In this document: in pieces, positions 35,892-48,429 of the stretch | Position numbering within the stretch: position 1 is the first letter of the stretch | Layout: each line of letters opens with the position of its first letter | Source of the DNA: Podarcis bocagei | Lineage: Eukaryota | Reading direction: 5' to 3' (one strand) | Length of the DNA: 64,000 nt | Assembly (NCBI GenBank): GCA_964188305.1 | Contig: OZ076885.1 | Notes under the pieces: model-generated | Databases searched by the model: none | What the model saw: the letters and a program-made list of their open reading frames with translations, nothing else | Told to the model about the DNA's origin: nothing | Position numbers and translations under genes: made by a program

Positions 35892-36866
35892 AAGGTAAAG
35901 GTAAAAGGACCCCTGACCATTAGGTCCAGTTGTAGCCGACTCTGGGGTTGCTGCGCTCATCTCGCTTTATTGGCCGAGGGAGTCGGCGTACAGCTTCCAG
36001 GTCATGTGGCCAGCATGACTAAGCCGCTTCTGGCAAACCATAGCAGCACACGGAAATGCCGTTTACCTTCCCGCCAGAGTGGTACCTATTGATCTACTTG
36101 CACTTTGACGTGCTTTTGTTGTTGTTTTTATAAGATATTTATTAAGATTTTTTTAAGATATTACAATACAAAATGAAAAAGAAAAAAAAAGTACAAAATA
36201 AAAATGATTAAAAACCACTCCATTTTTCTTTTACTTATTTTCCTTAGCTTGTTTCCCGGACCTCCTCATACCTCCCTTTTTTGTATTCCAATTCAATTTG
36301 TTGGCTCAGCAAATCCTTACCCTCTTTGTTTATCCTAATCTTTGGTCTTAAAATAGTAACATTAGATTTTTCCCTATTAACAACCCATTTTTCATATTCC
36401 CTTAAAGCATTACAGCTGGAAACCACTTAATTTCTATCCAACATCATTCTAACATTCATTAATTTTACAATATTTCTGCAGATAGTCTTTAAATTTCTTC
36501 CAATCTTCTTCCACCGACTCTTCTCCCTGGTCTCGGATTCTGCCAGTCATTTCTGCCAGTTCCATATAGTCCATCAGCTTCATCTGCCATTCTTCCAGAG
36601 TGGGTAAATCTTGTGTCTTCCAATACTTTGCAATGAGTATTCTTGCTGCTGTTGTAGCGTACATAAAAAAAGTTCTATCCTTCTTTGGCACCAATTGGCC
36701 GACTATGCCCAGGAGGAAGCACTTTGACGTGCTTTTGAACTGCTAGGTTGGCAGGACAGGGACCGAGCAACGGGAGCTCACCCCGTCGCAGGGATTCGAA
36801 CCACCGACCTTCAGATCGGCAAGACCTAGGCTTTGTGGTTTAACCCACAGCGCCACCCGCGTCCCC
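35892..36866 (-). mobile_element. Sauria SINE split by an L1 insertion
   Basis: SINE halves at 35892-36118 and 36719-36866; outer TSD aatccatatctta. Confidence 0.88.
36119..36718 (-). mobile_element. 5'-truncated L1-like LINE
   Basis: open ORF2 C-terminus (...FMYATTAARILIAKYWKTQDLPTLEEWQMKLMDYMELAEMT...); 19-bp TSD gcactttgacgtgcttttg. Confidence 0.85.
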
Positions 36867-37833
36867 AATCCATATCTTACAAGTTAATAATATAAACACT
36901 AGAAAGAAAAACAAACATTGACTTCATTCCGGACCATACGGACCGTTCTGGATAAGAAAGAGGGATTTATATCCAGATGTTAGGATAGAGACGATAAGGA
37001 AAACAGGAAGACACCATGAGAGGTAAAGGAGGTGTTGTGGGATTGGTGGAAGTCAATGCAACTGTGCTCTCTCAGCACATCTGAATGGCACTTTCTTGCA
37101 AGCTTCCCAAATAGGTACCTGGTTGGTCACTGTGAGAACAGGATGCTAGACTACACGGACCATTGGCCTGACTCAGGAGGCTGATCTTATGTTCTTATTT
37201 TCTTAACCCACTCTGGAAGCCAAGAGGTACAATAGATAGAAATATCACCCAGCATCATTGGGAAGATAGGGCCCATCTAGTTCAGTATTGTCCACACTGA
37301 CTGGCAGCAGCTCTCCAGGGGTTCATGCAGGCCTCTCTCCAAGCCCTACCTGGAGACGCCGGGGATTGAACCTGGGACGTTCTGCATGAGAGGCAGATGC
37401 TCTTCCACTGAGCTACAGCCCTAGACGATTTGGAGGTCTGGATGCTTCAACCCCTGGTTCTTGGGCAACAGCCATGCATGGAGGACTTGCAGTAGGGCTC
37501 GGTTTAGCTCCTTCCCTTCTTTCAGCACCGCCAGCATCTCTGCTGCACAAACGGCAAATCAAGTCATCAGGGAGGTCAAGGCTAGAGGTCTGTGTGCACG
37601 TCCCTCATACCCATCTGGCTTCCCCGCTCTGCATGAGGTAGTTTAACTCAGGCTTGGAGATCGACTCAAGTGTATGCAGGAGAGAGGGAGGGCTGTGTTG
37701 AGGATAAGGGAGGCACACAGAGACATTGGACGAGCCACTGTAAGAATAAGGAGGCCACCAGCTTAATCCAGCAAAGCTCGGTTTATGTTCCTCTGCTCAC
37801 TAGCATAATTGCACGTCTTATTTAATAATAATA

Positions 37834-38093
37834 CAGTGGTGCCTCTGGTTATGAACAGGATCCATGACGGAGGCCCGTTCGCAACATGAAAAGAATGCAA
37901 CCTGCGGCGGCGCATCTGTGCATGTGCGGGTTGCGATTTGCCACTTCTGCGCATGCGTGTGACGTCATTTTGCACTTCTGCACATGGGTGAGCGGCGAAA
38001 CCCAGAAGTAACCCTTTCCGGTACTTCCAGGTCACCGTGGGACGTAACCTGAAAGAACGTAACATGAAGTGAATGTAACATGAGGTATGACTG
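37834..38093. mobile_element. Tc1/mariner-superfamily MITE
   Basis: TA|CAGTGGTGCCTC...GAGGTATGACTG|TA. Confidence 0.8.
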
Positions 38094-38282
38094 TAATAAT
38101 AATTGTTGTTGTTGTTGTTGTACACCAGCCATTGAATGTTACAAAACATCCCTATAGAGGGCTGCCTTCAGATGTCTTCTAAAGGTTGTATAGTTACTTA
38201 TCTCCACGTCTCGGGGGTCAAATGACTCCATTCCCTCCAACATTTCTCCAGTGAAAATAGGGATGTCCTAAGGAATGGCAGA

Positions 38283-38633
38283 GGGATGCGGGTGGTGCTG
38301 TGGGTTAAACCACAGAGCCTAGGACTTGCTGATCAGAAGGTCGGCGGTTCGAATCCCCGCGACAGGGTGAGCTTCTGTTGCTCGGTCCCTGCTCCTGCCA
38401 GCCTAGCAGTTGGAAGCACGTCAAAGTGCAAGTAGATAAATAGGTACTGCTCCGGTGGGAAGGTAAACGGTGTTTCTGTGTGCTGCTCTGGTTCGCCAGA
38501 AGTGGCTTAGTCATGCTGGCCACATGACCCAGAAGGTGTACGCCAGCTCCCTCGGCCAGTAAAGCGAGATGAGCGCTGGAACCCCAGAGTCTGCCATGAC
38601 TGGACCTAATGGTCAGGGGTCCCTTTACCTTTA
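38283..38633 (+). mobile_element. Sauria SINE
   Basis: full-length body with ACCTTT tail, inserted into an older repeat. Confidence 0.88.
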
Positions 38634-38955
38634 AGGAAGAGCAGGACATTCTGGGATCAAACCAGAAACCGGGGCGGCTTCTGTAAATCCAGGACTGTCC
38701 CTGGAAAATAGGGACACTTGGAGAATCTGCCCTCAGTGCTTTGCAGTGAGCAATTGTGGACAACCACACTGCCAGCTGCCCAGGACACATCAGAGCACCA
38801 GTAAAGGACGTCCCGGCAGCTGTAGCTTCAGCAGCAGCAGCTGTGAGTCCTTGGCAACTGTTTGTGGATGCAGCTTGTGTCCATAGAAAAAGGTCCTAGG
38901 CCAACTTTTCGCTTGCTGTGTTGTTGCTTTCAAATTACAGGGCATTCTGGGCAGA

Positions 38956-38956
<1 letters not shown>

Positions 38957-38997
<41 letters not shown>
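38957..38997. repeat. (ATT)n microsatellite
   Basis: direct reading. Confidence 0.95.
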
Positions 38998-38998
<1 letters not shown>

Positions 38999-40349
38999 CT
39001 TTATTAGAAGTATTTCTGGGGAAATAATTATCTGCAATTAAAACAAAAACTCCCTTCGATCACCCTAACCCCACCCTTCTCAGATTCTGGGCTGTCCCTC
39101 GATCAACTTGGTTTCATTTCCGGGGCGGAGAGAACGGGGAGGGCAAAATGGCCGTGTGTTTAACTGAGGTAAAACAGGAGGTTTGAAACTCCCTGCTCCG
39201 CCGCGACAGCCCTCGTTAATTGCACCATCCAGCTCACTAAACATGAAAGACGATCCCAAATCACCGCAAATCATTGTGCCTAATGGTAGGGACGGCATCG
39301 GCCTGGTACACAACGTTGATCCCGGTGAGCTTTCTGCTCCAGTCTATGGACTGACACAATGAACGCTATTCTGATCCAGGTTTTGGTGAGCTGCTTAGCT
39401 GGCAGTGCTTTGTGTTACGACTTGTACATTAACACAGAGAGAGACACAGAGAGAGGCATGTTTCAAGTAGACACAGGTTTCCGGAGAGACTATCTTTCTC
39501 CTTCCCCTTGAAATGTCAGCCATAAAGCAGGATGTGCCTTGGAATTCCACTCACGCGGGTGCTCTCGCGACACCTCTGCCAATCTGCCCGGGCATTTATA
39601 TAGTGGCTAACCTGATCCTCTTCCCAGAGCACGCTTATAACTGTCCTAGGGGCGGACGAGGCCTTATCTAATAATCCTCGCATTCCCCCACCATCAATCT
39701 AAACTATAAATGGTCAGCAAGGAGTTATTTTAGGGCCAAAGGTTGGGTGGCAGGTTTAAAGGCTTGCCTCCCGACGGGCTCTTTATCTCCTCCCTTAAGT
39801 CCCCTTGTCTCTATCCTGCACCCAAAGCGACCAGCCGTGACATATTTGGTGTGGCTGCTGTGGCTTTTGCCTTGCGCTCAGCTGCACGGAGAGCCGTCAA
39901 GTGTGCACTGGACACGACAAAGTAGAGACACGAGGGAACAGGTGCCGGCTCCCATCTGCGATGCTCCAGATCCCCGGAGGGTCACAAAAGATGAAGCATG
40001 GCCCCAGAGGGATAAAAAGGCTAGGAGGCAGGGGCCTGCCGAGATCCTGGCATCCGGTGTAATTCTACCACCTGACAGAGCAGAAGGGAAGGCTGGCTGA
40101 AGCTCTTTGGCCACAGCAAAGTCCCGGCAGAGGCAGCAGATCAGTGCAGGAACTGGGGATGAGATTTCCTCCCCCTTTTAAAACAAGCAAGCAAACATTT
40201 TATTTAGTTAACAAAAATATATGCCGCTTGATTGTGAAAAGAGGCCCTCTAAGCAGCTTGAAGAAACAAAACATAAAATTATGTTAAAAAGAACTCCTCA
40301 GAAAGTTTACAAAGTAAAGCAATGAGCTAAAAAACAACACAACAGATTA

Positions 40350-40632
40350 CTTTTTTATTTATACTTTTCAAATTTATACATTTCATTAGTTTTACAATCC
40401 ATGGAAATGGTTCATTGAATATTTACAGATAAGTTGTAAACAGATAAAAACATTAGCAGGATTGTTGTTAATAACCTGCAGTTGTAGAAGAGTATATTTT
40501 TACAGTAGATAATTAAATGAGCAAATTAAATGAATTTGGATATGCAGAAGAGATTAAAAAATAAATTTAAGGAGCCGCAGAAAGAGGGGGAAAGGAAGTC
40601 AAATTTTGAAATGTTAAATGGATTGTAAAAAA
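40350..40632 (-). mobile_element. L1-like 3' fragment with 5' inversion
   Basis: minus-strand tail at 40350-40402 joined to a plus-strand ORF end and UTR at 40401-40630; TSD aacagatta. Confidence 0.65.
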
Positions 40633-41351
40633 CAAAACAGATTAGAACACATTTAGACTTCTGCATTTCTGGATAGGTTTGCCTGATCAAAAATGCTTCT
40701 TTGCAGGATTATAGTGACGGCATCTGCCTGCGGGTGTCAATAAGCAGGGAGTTCCAAAGCTTCGATGTTGACATGCTACAAGATTGATTTCTTACAAGTG
40801 CAGAACAAATATAATAACTGCTAATTCTGCAGATCGAAGTTGTCTAGTGAGCACATATGGAGTAAGGCAGTTTTTCAATTAAATTGATTGCAATCTGTCA
40901 AGGGTTTTATGTATTAACGGTGCCATCACCTAGAATTTGTTATTGTAACAAATAGACAACCAGTGGATGGCCATCTATTAGCGATATCCTGCACACCCAC
41001 TCTCCCTATTTATCAAGGAAACTCCCTATTTTGCAGGGGGGCTTCCCTATAGAGCTGTATCTAGCACCTTTGTTCCCTGGGCTTTGGCAATTATGGTATT
41101 CTGCTTTGTGGAACCCACCACTTTAGCTGAATTTACGCTGTTCTGTTCTCGCCAGAGCTGTTTTATTTGTTTTTCTATATTTTACTCTTTGATCCCTTTA
41201 TGTAATTATGTTGTAACTGGGGATGGGGCAGAAATCCAATTTTGTTTGCACTGTAACGAGAAACGACCTAATTCACAGTTCTCAAACCCATATATGAACT
41301 AAAGCCCAGCAATCCTTTGAAATTCACACTTATCAATTTCATATGTTAGGG

Positions 41352-41453
41352 CAGAGCTTTCCAAACACGTGTGTCGGCTGCAGTGTGTAGGTGTGTCACG
41401 TGAATGCATGTCTAAAAAGTGTGTCACCAACGTGAAAAATTTGGAAAGCTCTG
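41352..41453. mobile_element. ~100-bp hAT-type MITE nested in an older element
   Basis: TIR CAGAGCTTTCCAAA/TTTGGAAAGCTCTG; degenerate 8-bp TSD tgttaggg/tgttggag. Confidence 0.7.
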
Positions 41454-41954
41454 TGTTGGAGTGAAATTGTGCATAGAACTCATCTATTCGTGACAACAAC
41501 GTGCAAAAATACTGGTAAATTTTCATGAGAAAATTGTGTTTCGAATATGTGTATATTGCTCAGAACTTCATCCAAAAATGTGTTTATTGGGAGGAAGCCA
41601 CATTTAAATGCTCATGAGGATTTTGAGGGTGGAATCCACAGATTGCTGCACAAATGTGCAGAATAGATTCTTAAGATTGGAAAAATGAGAAACATGGTGG
41701 AGGACATGGAGAGATCTGTCCATTCCTAGTTGTGACCTGCCCTGGGACCTTTGGTGAAGGGCAGGTAAGAAATCTTATAAATGAACAAGTAAAATAACAA
41801 ATAAATCACATGCCCCATTTTCCCCTCCCTCTTTGGAGATTCCTTTTGGTTTAGTGGTCACAGCAAAGTAAGAACTTGAATTGAATCTCCCCCAAGTGGC
41901 TGGAACCATGCCTGATGCTGAAACAAATAAAAAGGTACATTAGATTAGATGATG

Positions 41955-41984
41955 TCAGATGATAGATAGATAGATAGATAGATG

Positions 41985-42015
<31 letters not shown>

Positions 42016-42040
42016 GATAGATAGATGATAGATAGATAGA
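41955..42040. repeat. (AGAT)n microsatellite
   Basis: direct reading. Confidence 0.95.
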
Positions 42041-42188
42041 GTCATACCTCATGTTGCGTTTGCTTCAGGTTACGTGTTTTCAGGTTGCAGACCGGAGGAA
42101 ACCCTGAAGTACCAGAACGGGTTACTTCTGGGTTTCGCCGCTCGTGCATGTGCAGAAGCCATAAATCACACTTCACACATGTGCAGAA

Positions 42189-42505
42189 TAATAATATTAT
42201 AATAATAATTTATAATTTATACCCCGCCCATCTGGCTGAGTTTCCCCAGCCACTCTGGGCGGCTTCAATCAAGTGTTAAAAACAATACAGCGTTAAATAT
42301 TAAAAACGTCCCTAAACAGGGCTGCCTTCAGATGTCTTTTAAAGACAAGATAGCTACTTATTTCCTTCACATCTGAAGGGAGGACGATCCACAGAGCAGG
42401 TGCCACTACCAAGAAGGCCCTCTGTCTGGTTCCCTGTAATCTCACTTCTCGCAATGAGGGAACCACCAGAAGGCCCTCGCCGCTGGATCTCAGTGTCCGA
42501 GCTAA
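42189..42505 (-). mobile_element. L2-like LINE 3' fragment inside a mariner-type MITE (42040 to the gap)
   Basis: ORF end TLRSSGEGLLVVPSLREVRLQGTRQRAFLVVAPALW...FKRHLKAALF; (TAA)n tail; both flanks resemble MITE 37834-38093. Confidence 0.75.
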
Positions 42506-42613
42506 AGATGGGGTGGCGGAACGCCAAATTGCGCCGGCGCCGGCGCAAATGCGGCGCTTCAGCTTGCAAATGCTGCGGGTTGCGGACATGCCTCCATCAC
42601 GGATTACGTCCAC

Positions 42614-42884
42614 NNNNNNNNNNNNNNNNNNNNNNNNNNNNNNNNNNNNNNNNNNNNNNNNNNNNNNNNNNNNNNNNNNNNNNNNNNNNNNNNNNNNNNN
42701 NNNNNNNNNNNNNNNNNNNNNNNNNNNNNNNNNNNNNNNNNNNNNNNNNNNNNNNNNNNNNNNNNNNNNNNNNNNNNNNNNNNNNNNNNNNNNNNNNNNN
42801 NNNNNNNNNNNNNNNNNNNNNNNNNNNNNNNNNNNNNNNNNNNNNNNNNNNNNNNNNNNNNNNNNNNNNNNNNNNNNNNNNNNN
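42614..42884. other. assembly gap (271 N)
   Basis: run of N. Confidence 1.
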
Positions 42885-42914
42885 AGCACCAGGAAAGGGC
42901 ATTCACTAGTTAGA

Positions 42915-43050
42915 ACCATAGAACTGTAGCATTAGAAGGTACCACGCAGGTCATCTAGACTCCCTGCAATGCAGGAATCTCTTCGCTCGACATGGGGCTG
43001 GAACCCACAACCTTGAGATGAAGAATCTCATGCTCTACCAGCTGAGCTAT
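42915..43050 (-). mobile_element. short tRNA-derived SINE (Squam3-like)
   Basis: reverse complement of the 44650 family. Confidence 0.65.
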
Positions 43051-43336
43051 AAATTGTGGTGCCACAGCCCAAAATACCCTCTCTCCAGTTGCAAACTGTT
43101 TCACCTGCAGACGGTGGGTGCCACATATACGTCCTTCTGGACTCCATTTCCAAGGCTTCCAAAAGAGAGAAGGAAATCTCAAGAGGAGGGAATACCTGCA
43201 ACAGGTTTCAACTCAACCCACAATATCACCCCATGTAGCCAGTTAACTTCCCCTAACATAAGAACATCAGAGCCTGTTGCATCAGGCCAGTGGTCCACCT
43301 TGTCCATCACCCTCTTCTCACAGTGGCCAACCAGAT

Positions 43337-43630
43337 AAAGGTAAGGTAAAGGGACCGCTGACCATTAGGTCCAGTTGTGGCCGACTCTGGGGTTGTGGCG
43401 CTCATCTCGCTTTACTGGCCGAGGGAGCCAGCTTAACAGTGCACGGAAACGCCGTTTACCTTCCCGCTGGAGCGGTACCTATTTATCTACTTGCACTTTG
43501 ACGTGCTTTCGAACTGCTAGGTTGGCAAGAGCTGGGACAGAGCAACGGGAGCTCACCCCGTCGCGGGGATTCGAACCGCCGACCTTCTGATCGGCAAGCC
43601 CTAGGCTCTGTGGTTTAACCCACAGCGCCA
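43337..43630 (-). mobile_element. Sauria SINE with internal deletion
   Basis: lacks the central ~70 nt seen in other copies; TSD gccaaccagat. Confidence 0.85.
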
Positions 43631-43849
43631 ACCAGATGCTGCCCCCCAAAGCCCAATGGTGACTGACTCAGGGGCCATGAAGCTCAGGGGCCATGAAAAT
43701 CTGACTGTGATTAAAGACAACAAACTGGAAAGCTGGGTGTGATGGGAAATGGAATGGCTTGGTCCTGGGGGTGTAAACTGGCCTGAAATACCCCACACTG
43801 TGCAGGTCTCTCTTATATATTTAACAGCTCTTCCATGGTGCCCTTAGAG

Positions 43850-44581
43850 CAGTGGTTCCCAACCTTTTTTTGGCCATGCCCCACCTAAGCATCTCTAAAA
43901 TCCTGAAGCCCCCCTGTGACATATAGTTCTTATTATTCAAAAGTGAACTATTCGCGTGGAGGAAGCCTAAAAGGCTTTTCACTGTTGTTGCGATCACACA
44001 GGGTCCCCGGACGTTTCACCGTCTATTGATCCCTGTGCCACCCCTTAATTTCACGCTGCCACCACCCAGGCCCTACCTGGGACGATACTGAGTCTAGTCA
44101 GGGTCAAATCGAAACATAAAGTTCTGTTTATTTATTGCAGTTTGACAAGCGAGTGGTTTCATAAATGGTATCAGTCAATTACATTCATGGGTTGCCTATC
44201 CAGACCTATAACGTCCGCTACCTGCTCTCACTCACTAAACCACCTCTCAGATATTTACTTGTCTTCCTAGCCCCTAACTGTTCCTGACTCAGCTTATTTC
44301 ACTACACTAACTCAACCTACCCACAGACTCTATCCCAATTCACTCCCACCCCAACCAACCACCCAACTCCCAACGAACTCTTCCCTTCGCCCCTCCCAGA
44401 GCTGGTTTTATAGTCCCTCTGACTCCACCCCCGTGGGTTCTGATTGGGTACCTATTTAACTATTTCACCTCCAGCACTCTCATATGTTAACAGAACTGTT
44501 AATAACTCATTCTTGTATTGCCCCCCCTTAAAAATCAAATCGCCCTCCTGTGGGGCATATACCCCACATTGGGAACCACGG
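43850..44581. mobile_element. hAT MITE containing an LTR-like insert
   Basis: TIR CAGTGGTTCCCAA/TTGGGAACCACGG; 8-bp TSD ccttagag/ccttaaag. Confidence 0.75.
43986..44492 (-). mobile_element. solo-LTR-like element
   Basis: TGTT...AACA ends; on the minus strand CCAATCA (44441-44447), TATAAAA (~44406-44412) and AATAAA (~44131-44136) occur in LTR order; TSD unclear. Confidence 0.55.
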
Positions 44582-44649
44582 CCTTAAAGTCTCCAGGTGG
44601 CCTCTTCTTGGAGCACTGACCCCTCTCAGACCTGCTTAGCTTCTGCAGT

Positions 44650-44792
44650 AGGATAGCTCAGTTGGCAGAGCACGGGACTCTTCAATCTCAGGGTTGTGGG
44701 TTTGAGCCCCATGTTGGGTGGAAGATTCCCGCATTGGAGGGGGCTGGACTAGATAGTCCCCGTGGTCCCTTCCAACACTGCAATTCTATTAT
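44650..44792 (+). mobile_element. short tRNA-derived SINE (Squam3-like)
   Basis: ggatagctcagttggcagagc head; CR1-like tail ggtcccttccaac...attctat. Confidence 0.7.
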
Positions 44793-45331
44793 TCTGCAAG
44801 GTTTGCTGCAACGCTTGCTTTCCAACCACACCCTGGGCTCTGGCAAGGCAGCCGGCTATAGCTCATCAAGATGATCTATTCCCTTTGCCCCAGCCCCCTC
44901 CCCAGACCTCTTACGCTGGGATTATGACATGCTTGTAATTTACTATAGTGGGAGACCTCCAAAGCGGCAATGACATGGAAAGAATCCCAGAGTTTCCATC
45001 TGTTGGGTTCCCAAATGACAGTAACCCGACTCCTGATGGCAGGGACGCGGTCTGTGTTATTATTGGGCTAGCGGATTGAGCTGCCTCGGCTCCGGGTTAT
45101 GCATTATTAAGTGAGCTCACCAGGAGAGGGGAGAGCTGGAAAGCAGAGCCCCTCGCATGGGGGGAGTACAGGAGAGGGAGGAATGTCTGTCACGCTCATC
45201 TTTGTGGGGCTGCATTGAGATGGCGAGGCAGCCATTTTGATCGTCCAAGCTGAGCCTTCCCCTCCTCCTCCTCCTTTCTGGCTGGAAGTGTTGAATCAAA
45301 GAGGCTGCTGGGCTCCTGTACACATCACACA

Positions 45332-45368
<37 letters not shown>

Positions 45369-46711
45369 CATTTCAACCATTTCTTCTGCCAGATGATGGG
45401 CCCTTGCACACGAGTAAAAGACCTGCTAGTAAAAAGCAGCAATTGCTCCCAGCGAATGCTTCTGTTATACCGAGATCAAATATCTGGCATGGGAATGTTT
45501 TGCAGCATTGTGCCAGTGCCAGCGAAGGTTGTGTAACCCCATCCTGCAGCAGAAAACCAGCTGCCTGCTGGACCGAGTGATCCCCCCAGTGGCATTTGCC
45601 CAGCGCTGGATGGGGAAGGGAAGCAGTGAGGGAAGGTCGGAATCTGGTGTCAATCTATCTTCTGTCCTGAGTTAGCACTGTGGGCAGGAAAGTCTGCCCA
45701 GGCACAGCGAGCCACGCCGAGGGCTTCGTGTAGGTCAGGCGTGGGGAACCGTATCCGGATTCCTAAATCGCCCACCCCAGCCAACTCTGATAGGTGGGCA
45801 GGACCACCCACCTGTCAGTCACCTGGTGTCATCATGACATCGGGTGATTGGCACCAGTCAAAGGTCAAAGGAGGTCGCTGTCACCATCGGGGAGCTGATC
45901 ATCAGTTGCAGCAACGTACTTTGGAGACCGGCTTTCAGAATCGACCAGGTGATTGATGGGCCGCATTCTGCATCTTGAGCCCATGGGAATGGTGGAATTT
46001 TGGGGGCACACAGCCCTTTGCTGTGCTTGGGGAGTGGATAAATGTGAAATGATCTGTGCCTTCTCAGGGTTCCTCCAAATCACCTGTTTATTAGCACTCA
46101 TCCTGATTTGCTTGCACAAAGTTAATAGTAGTATTAGTAGGATACTGCCATTCTCCCCTAGATCTCAGGGCAGTTCATAGCATAAAAATACAAGATAAAA
46201 ACACAAAATGCACAATAAAAGCAAGAACAAGAGCAGAACAAACCAACAACCCCTCTGCCTGCCCCTCACTCAACAACCCCACTCAAAACTAATAACTTTC
46301 CACACCCAAAGCTTTTGTGTGTGGTGGTTAGATTATTTCTGGTCTTTATTGATTATTTGTTTTGATGTATTTATGGGTCAGTTATACAACCATGAGCATT
46401 TCTCCTGATCTGCTTGTGGGGTGTTTTCATATCTACATATTATTCATTCATTCATTCATTCATTCATTCATTCATTCATTCATCACCAGCACCTGGGAGA
46501 CCAAGGTTCCAATCCCCACTTGGCCACAAAACCTAACCCCGGGCCAATTGCTGCCTCTCAGCCTAACCTCGCAGGGTTGCTTTGGGGATTATCAGAGGAA
46601 GGTAAGAACCATGTATGCCACCTTGCAGAAACAGTTGAGACATAAATGCAGTAAATAAATAAATAGTCTCCTGCACCAAAGTGAACCCTACAATCTGGAG
46701 ACGATCTAAAC

Positions 46712-46846
46712 CAGCCTTTCTCAATCTCGGGTCCTCATATGTTGTTGGACTACAGTTCCCATCATTCCTAGCCAGCATGGTCAGGGATCAGGGGTGGTGG
46801 GTGTTGTAGCTCCAGAACATCTGGGGACCTGAGGTTGAGAAAGACT
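46712..46846. mobile_element. short palindromic hAT-type MITE (ggactacaactcccatcat family)
   Basis: CAGCCTTTCTCAA...TTGAGAAAGACTG; related copies near 24393, 34440, 53880, 55505 and 61310. Confidence 0.65.
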
Positions 46847-47240
46847 GGTGTGGCGGGTTGGTCATTCTGGCGCAAAGGCTGAAAAGTGAGTTGAACACAG
46901 TGAGCTGCCCTCCAAGACTTCAGGGTGAATCAATTCTCAGTAGAACTTTATGTGACAATGCCATCCCCCTGTGCATTTTCAACTGACTTCTTATGCTTCT
47001 GCTCCGATAGCCGTGCAGACTGCTGCAGGAATTAACAGCGGACAGATCTAACGCAAGGTCAACTTGCCTTTGATTTTCCTCGGTATCGTTTTCCTTTGGC
47101 TGCAAAATGCTTGCTCCTGAATTTTACGGCAGCCACGAGCAAGCGTATTTGGGTGGGAAAGAGAGAGTGGGACTATTGCAATGTGTGTTGCGGGTGGAGT
47201 GGGGGGAATTAGGAATTAGTCTTAGTCTAGATCAGCAATA

Positions 47241-47578
47241 GGGACGCGGGTGGCGCTGTGGGTTAAACCACAGAGCCTAGGACTTGCCGATCAGAAGGTC
47301 GGCGGTTTGAATCCCCGCAACGGGGTGAGCTCCCATTGCTCAGTCCCTGCTCCTGCCAACCTAGCAGTTCGAAAGCACGTCAGAGTGCAAGTAGATAAAT
47401 AGGTACCACTCTGGCAGGAAGGTAAACGGCGTTTCCGTGCGCTGCTCTGGTTAGCCAGAAGCGGCTTAGTCATGCTGGCCACATGACCCGGAAGCTGTAT
47501 GCCAGCTCCATCTGCCAATAAAGTGAGATGAGCGCCGCAACCCCAGAGTCAGTCACGACTGGACCTAATGGTCAGGGG
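47241..47578 (+). mobile_element. Sauria SINE
   Basis: full head and body; ACCTTT tail absent. Confidence 0.88.
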
Positions 47579-47899
47579 CAATGGCCAATGGGCACTTTTA
47601 TAGCCCTACCACATTTGAAGCAGACAGCCCTGACTATCTTTCACTTTTATAAGTCTAGGTCAGTTTTGGTTTACTGAATTTACGTGTCACTGCCCAGAAC
47701 AAAAGTCCCTGAGTCATTTATACAGTACCAGCAATAAAATACAAGAGTAATAATACAGAAGCATATGAAATGAGTAAAAACATCCAGTGACTGGTGCTGC
47801 CCAAATGTCCAAGGAAACAAAAAGGGTTCCAGAATGATAATAAAATTTTTACCTCCTTGGGGAAAGCATTTATAGACAGGGAGCTACTACAGAAAAGGT

Positions 47900-48429
47900 A
47901 TTCAGATTGGTGATTCTCCCAAAGAACTTGAAGTCTTTCTGCAAGCAATAATTGGGACAGAGGTTCTAAAGAGGTTGACTAATCTTTTTTATCTATGCAA
48001 CAACCGCAGCCAGGTCTTATATGTGCAGAAATGGAAAAAGGAACAGACTTGAACCCAAGAACAGCTTATCAAATTAATGGATTTATATTGAAATGGCGAA
48101 ATTGACTGTAAAACCAAGAGACGGAAATGATGAACTGTTTATGGAAAACGGGAGAGGCCTTTTGGGGATCTGTCAAAATATTTTAGTGACATGAAATCTC
48201 GTGCAGGATTTGAGATATGAGCGGAGCGGGGGGAATGATGTTAAGATGGAGTTGGGGGTGTTAGTAACAAGTATAGTGCAGGATTTAAGGATAAGAATAT
48301 AAACATCGGCGTGGGAGGGGTGGGAAGTCAAAAAGAAAAACATAAGTGAATAATGTATGTGAAGGAAATTTGTTTTTAAAAATTATTATTATTATTATTA
48401 AAAAAATAATAATAAAATTAATATTAAAA
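47900..48429 (+). mobile_element. 5'-truncated degenerate L1-like LINE
   Basis: frameshifted FIYATTAAR...KWK...EMAKLT; A-rich tail; 22-bp TSD agggagctactacagaaaaggt (47878-47899, 48430-48451). Confidence 0.8.

Noticed and set aside
42293-42929. Long ORFs spanning the N run
   Set aside because: Artefacts of translating the gap; the real sequence is L2 and MITE.
44650-44725. tRNA-Lys-like gene (also at 60218 and 42990)
   Set aside because: Degenerate cloverleaf that continues into a CR1-like tail and occurs in several copies, so it is a SINE head rather than a tRNA.
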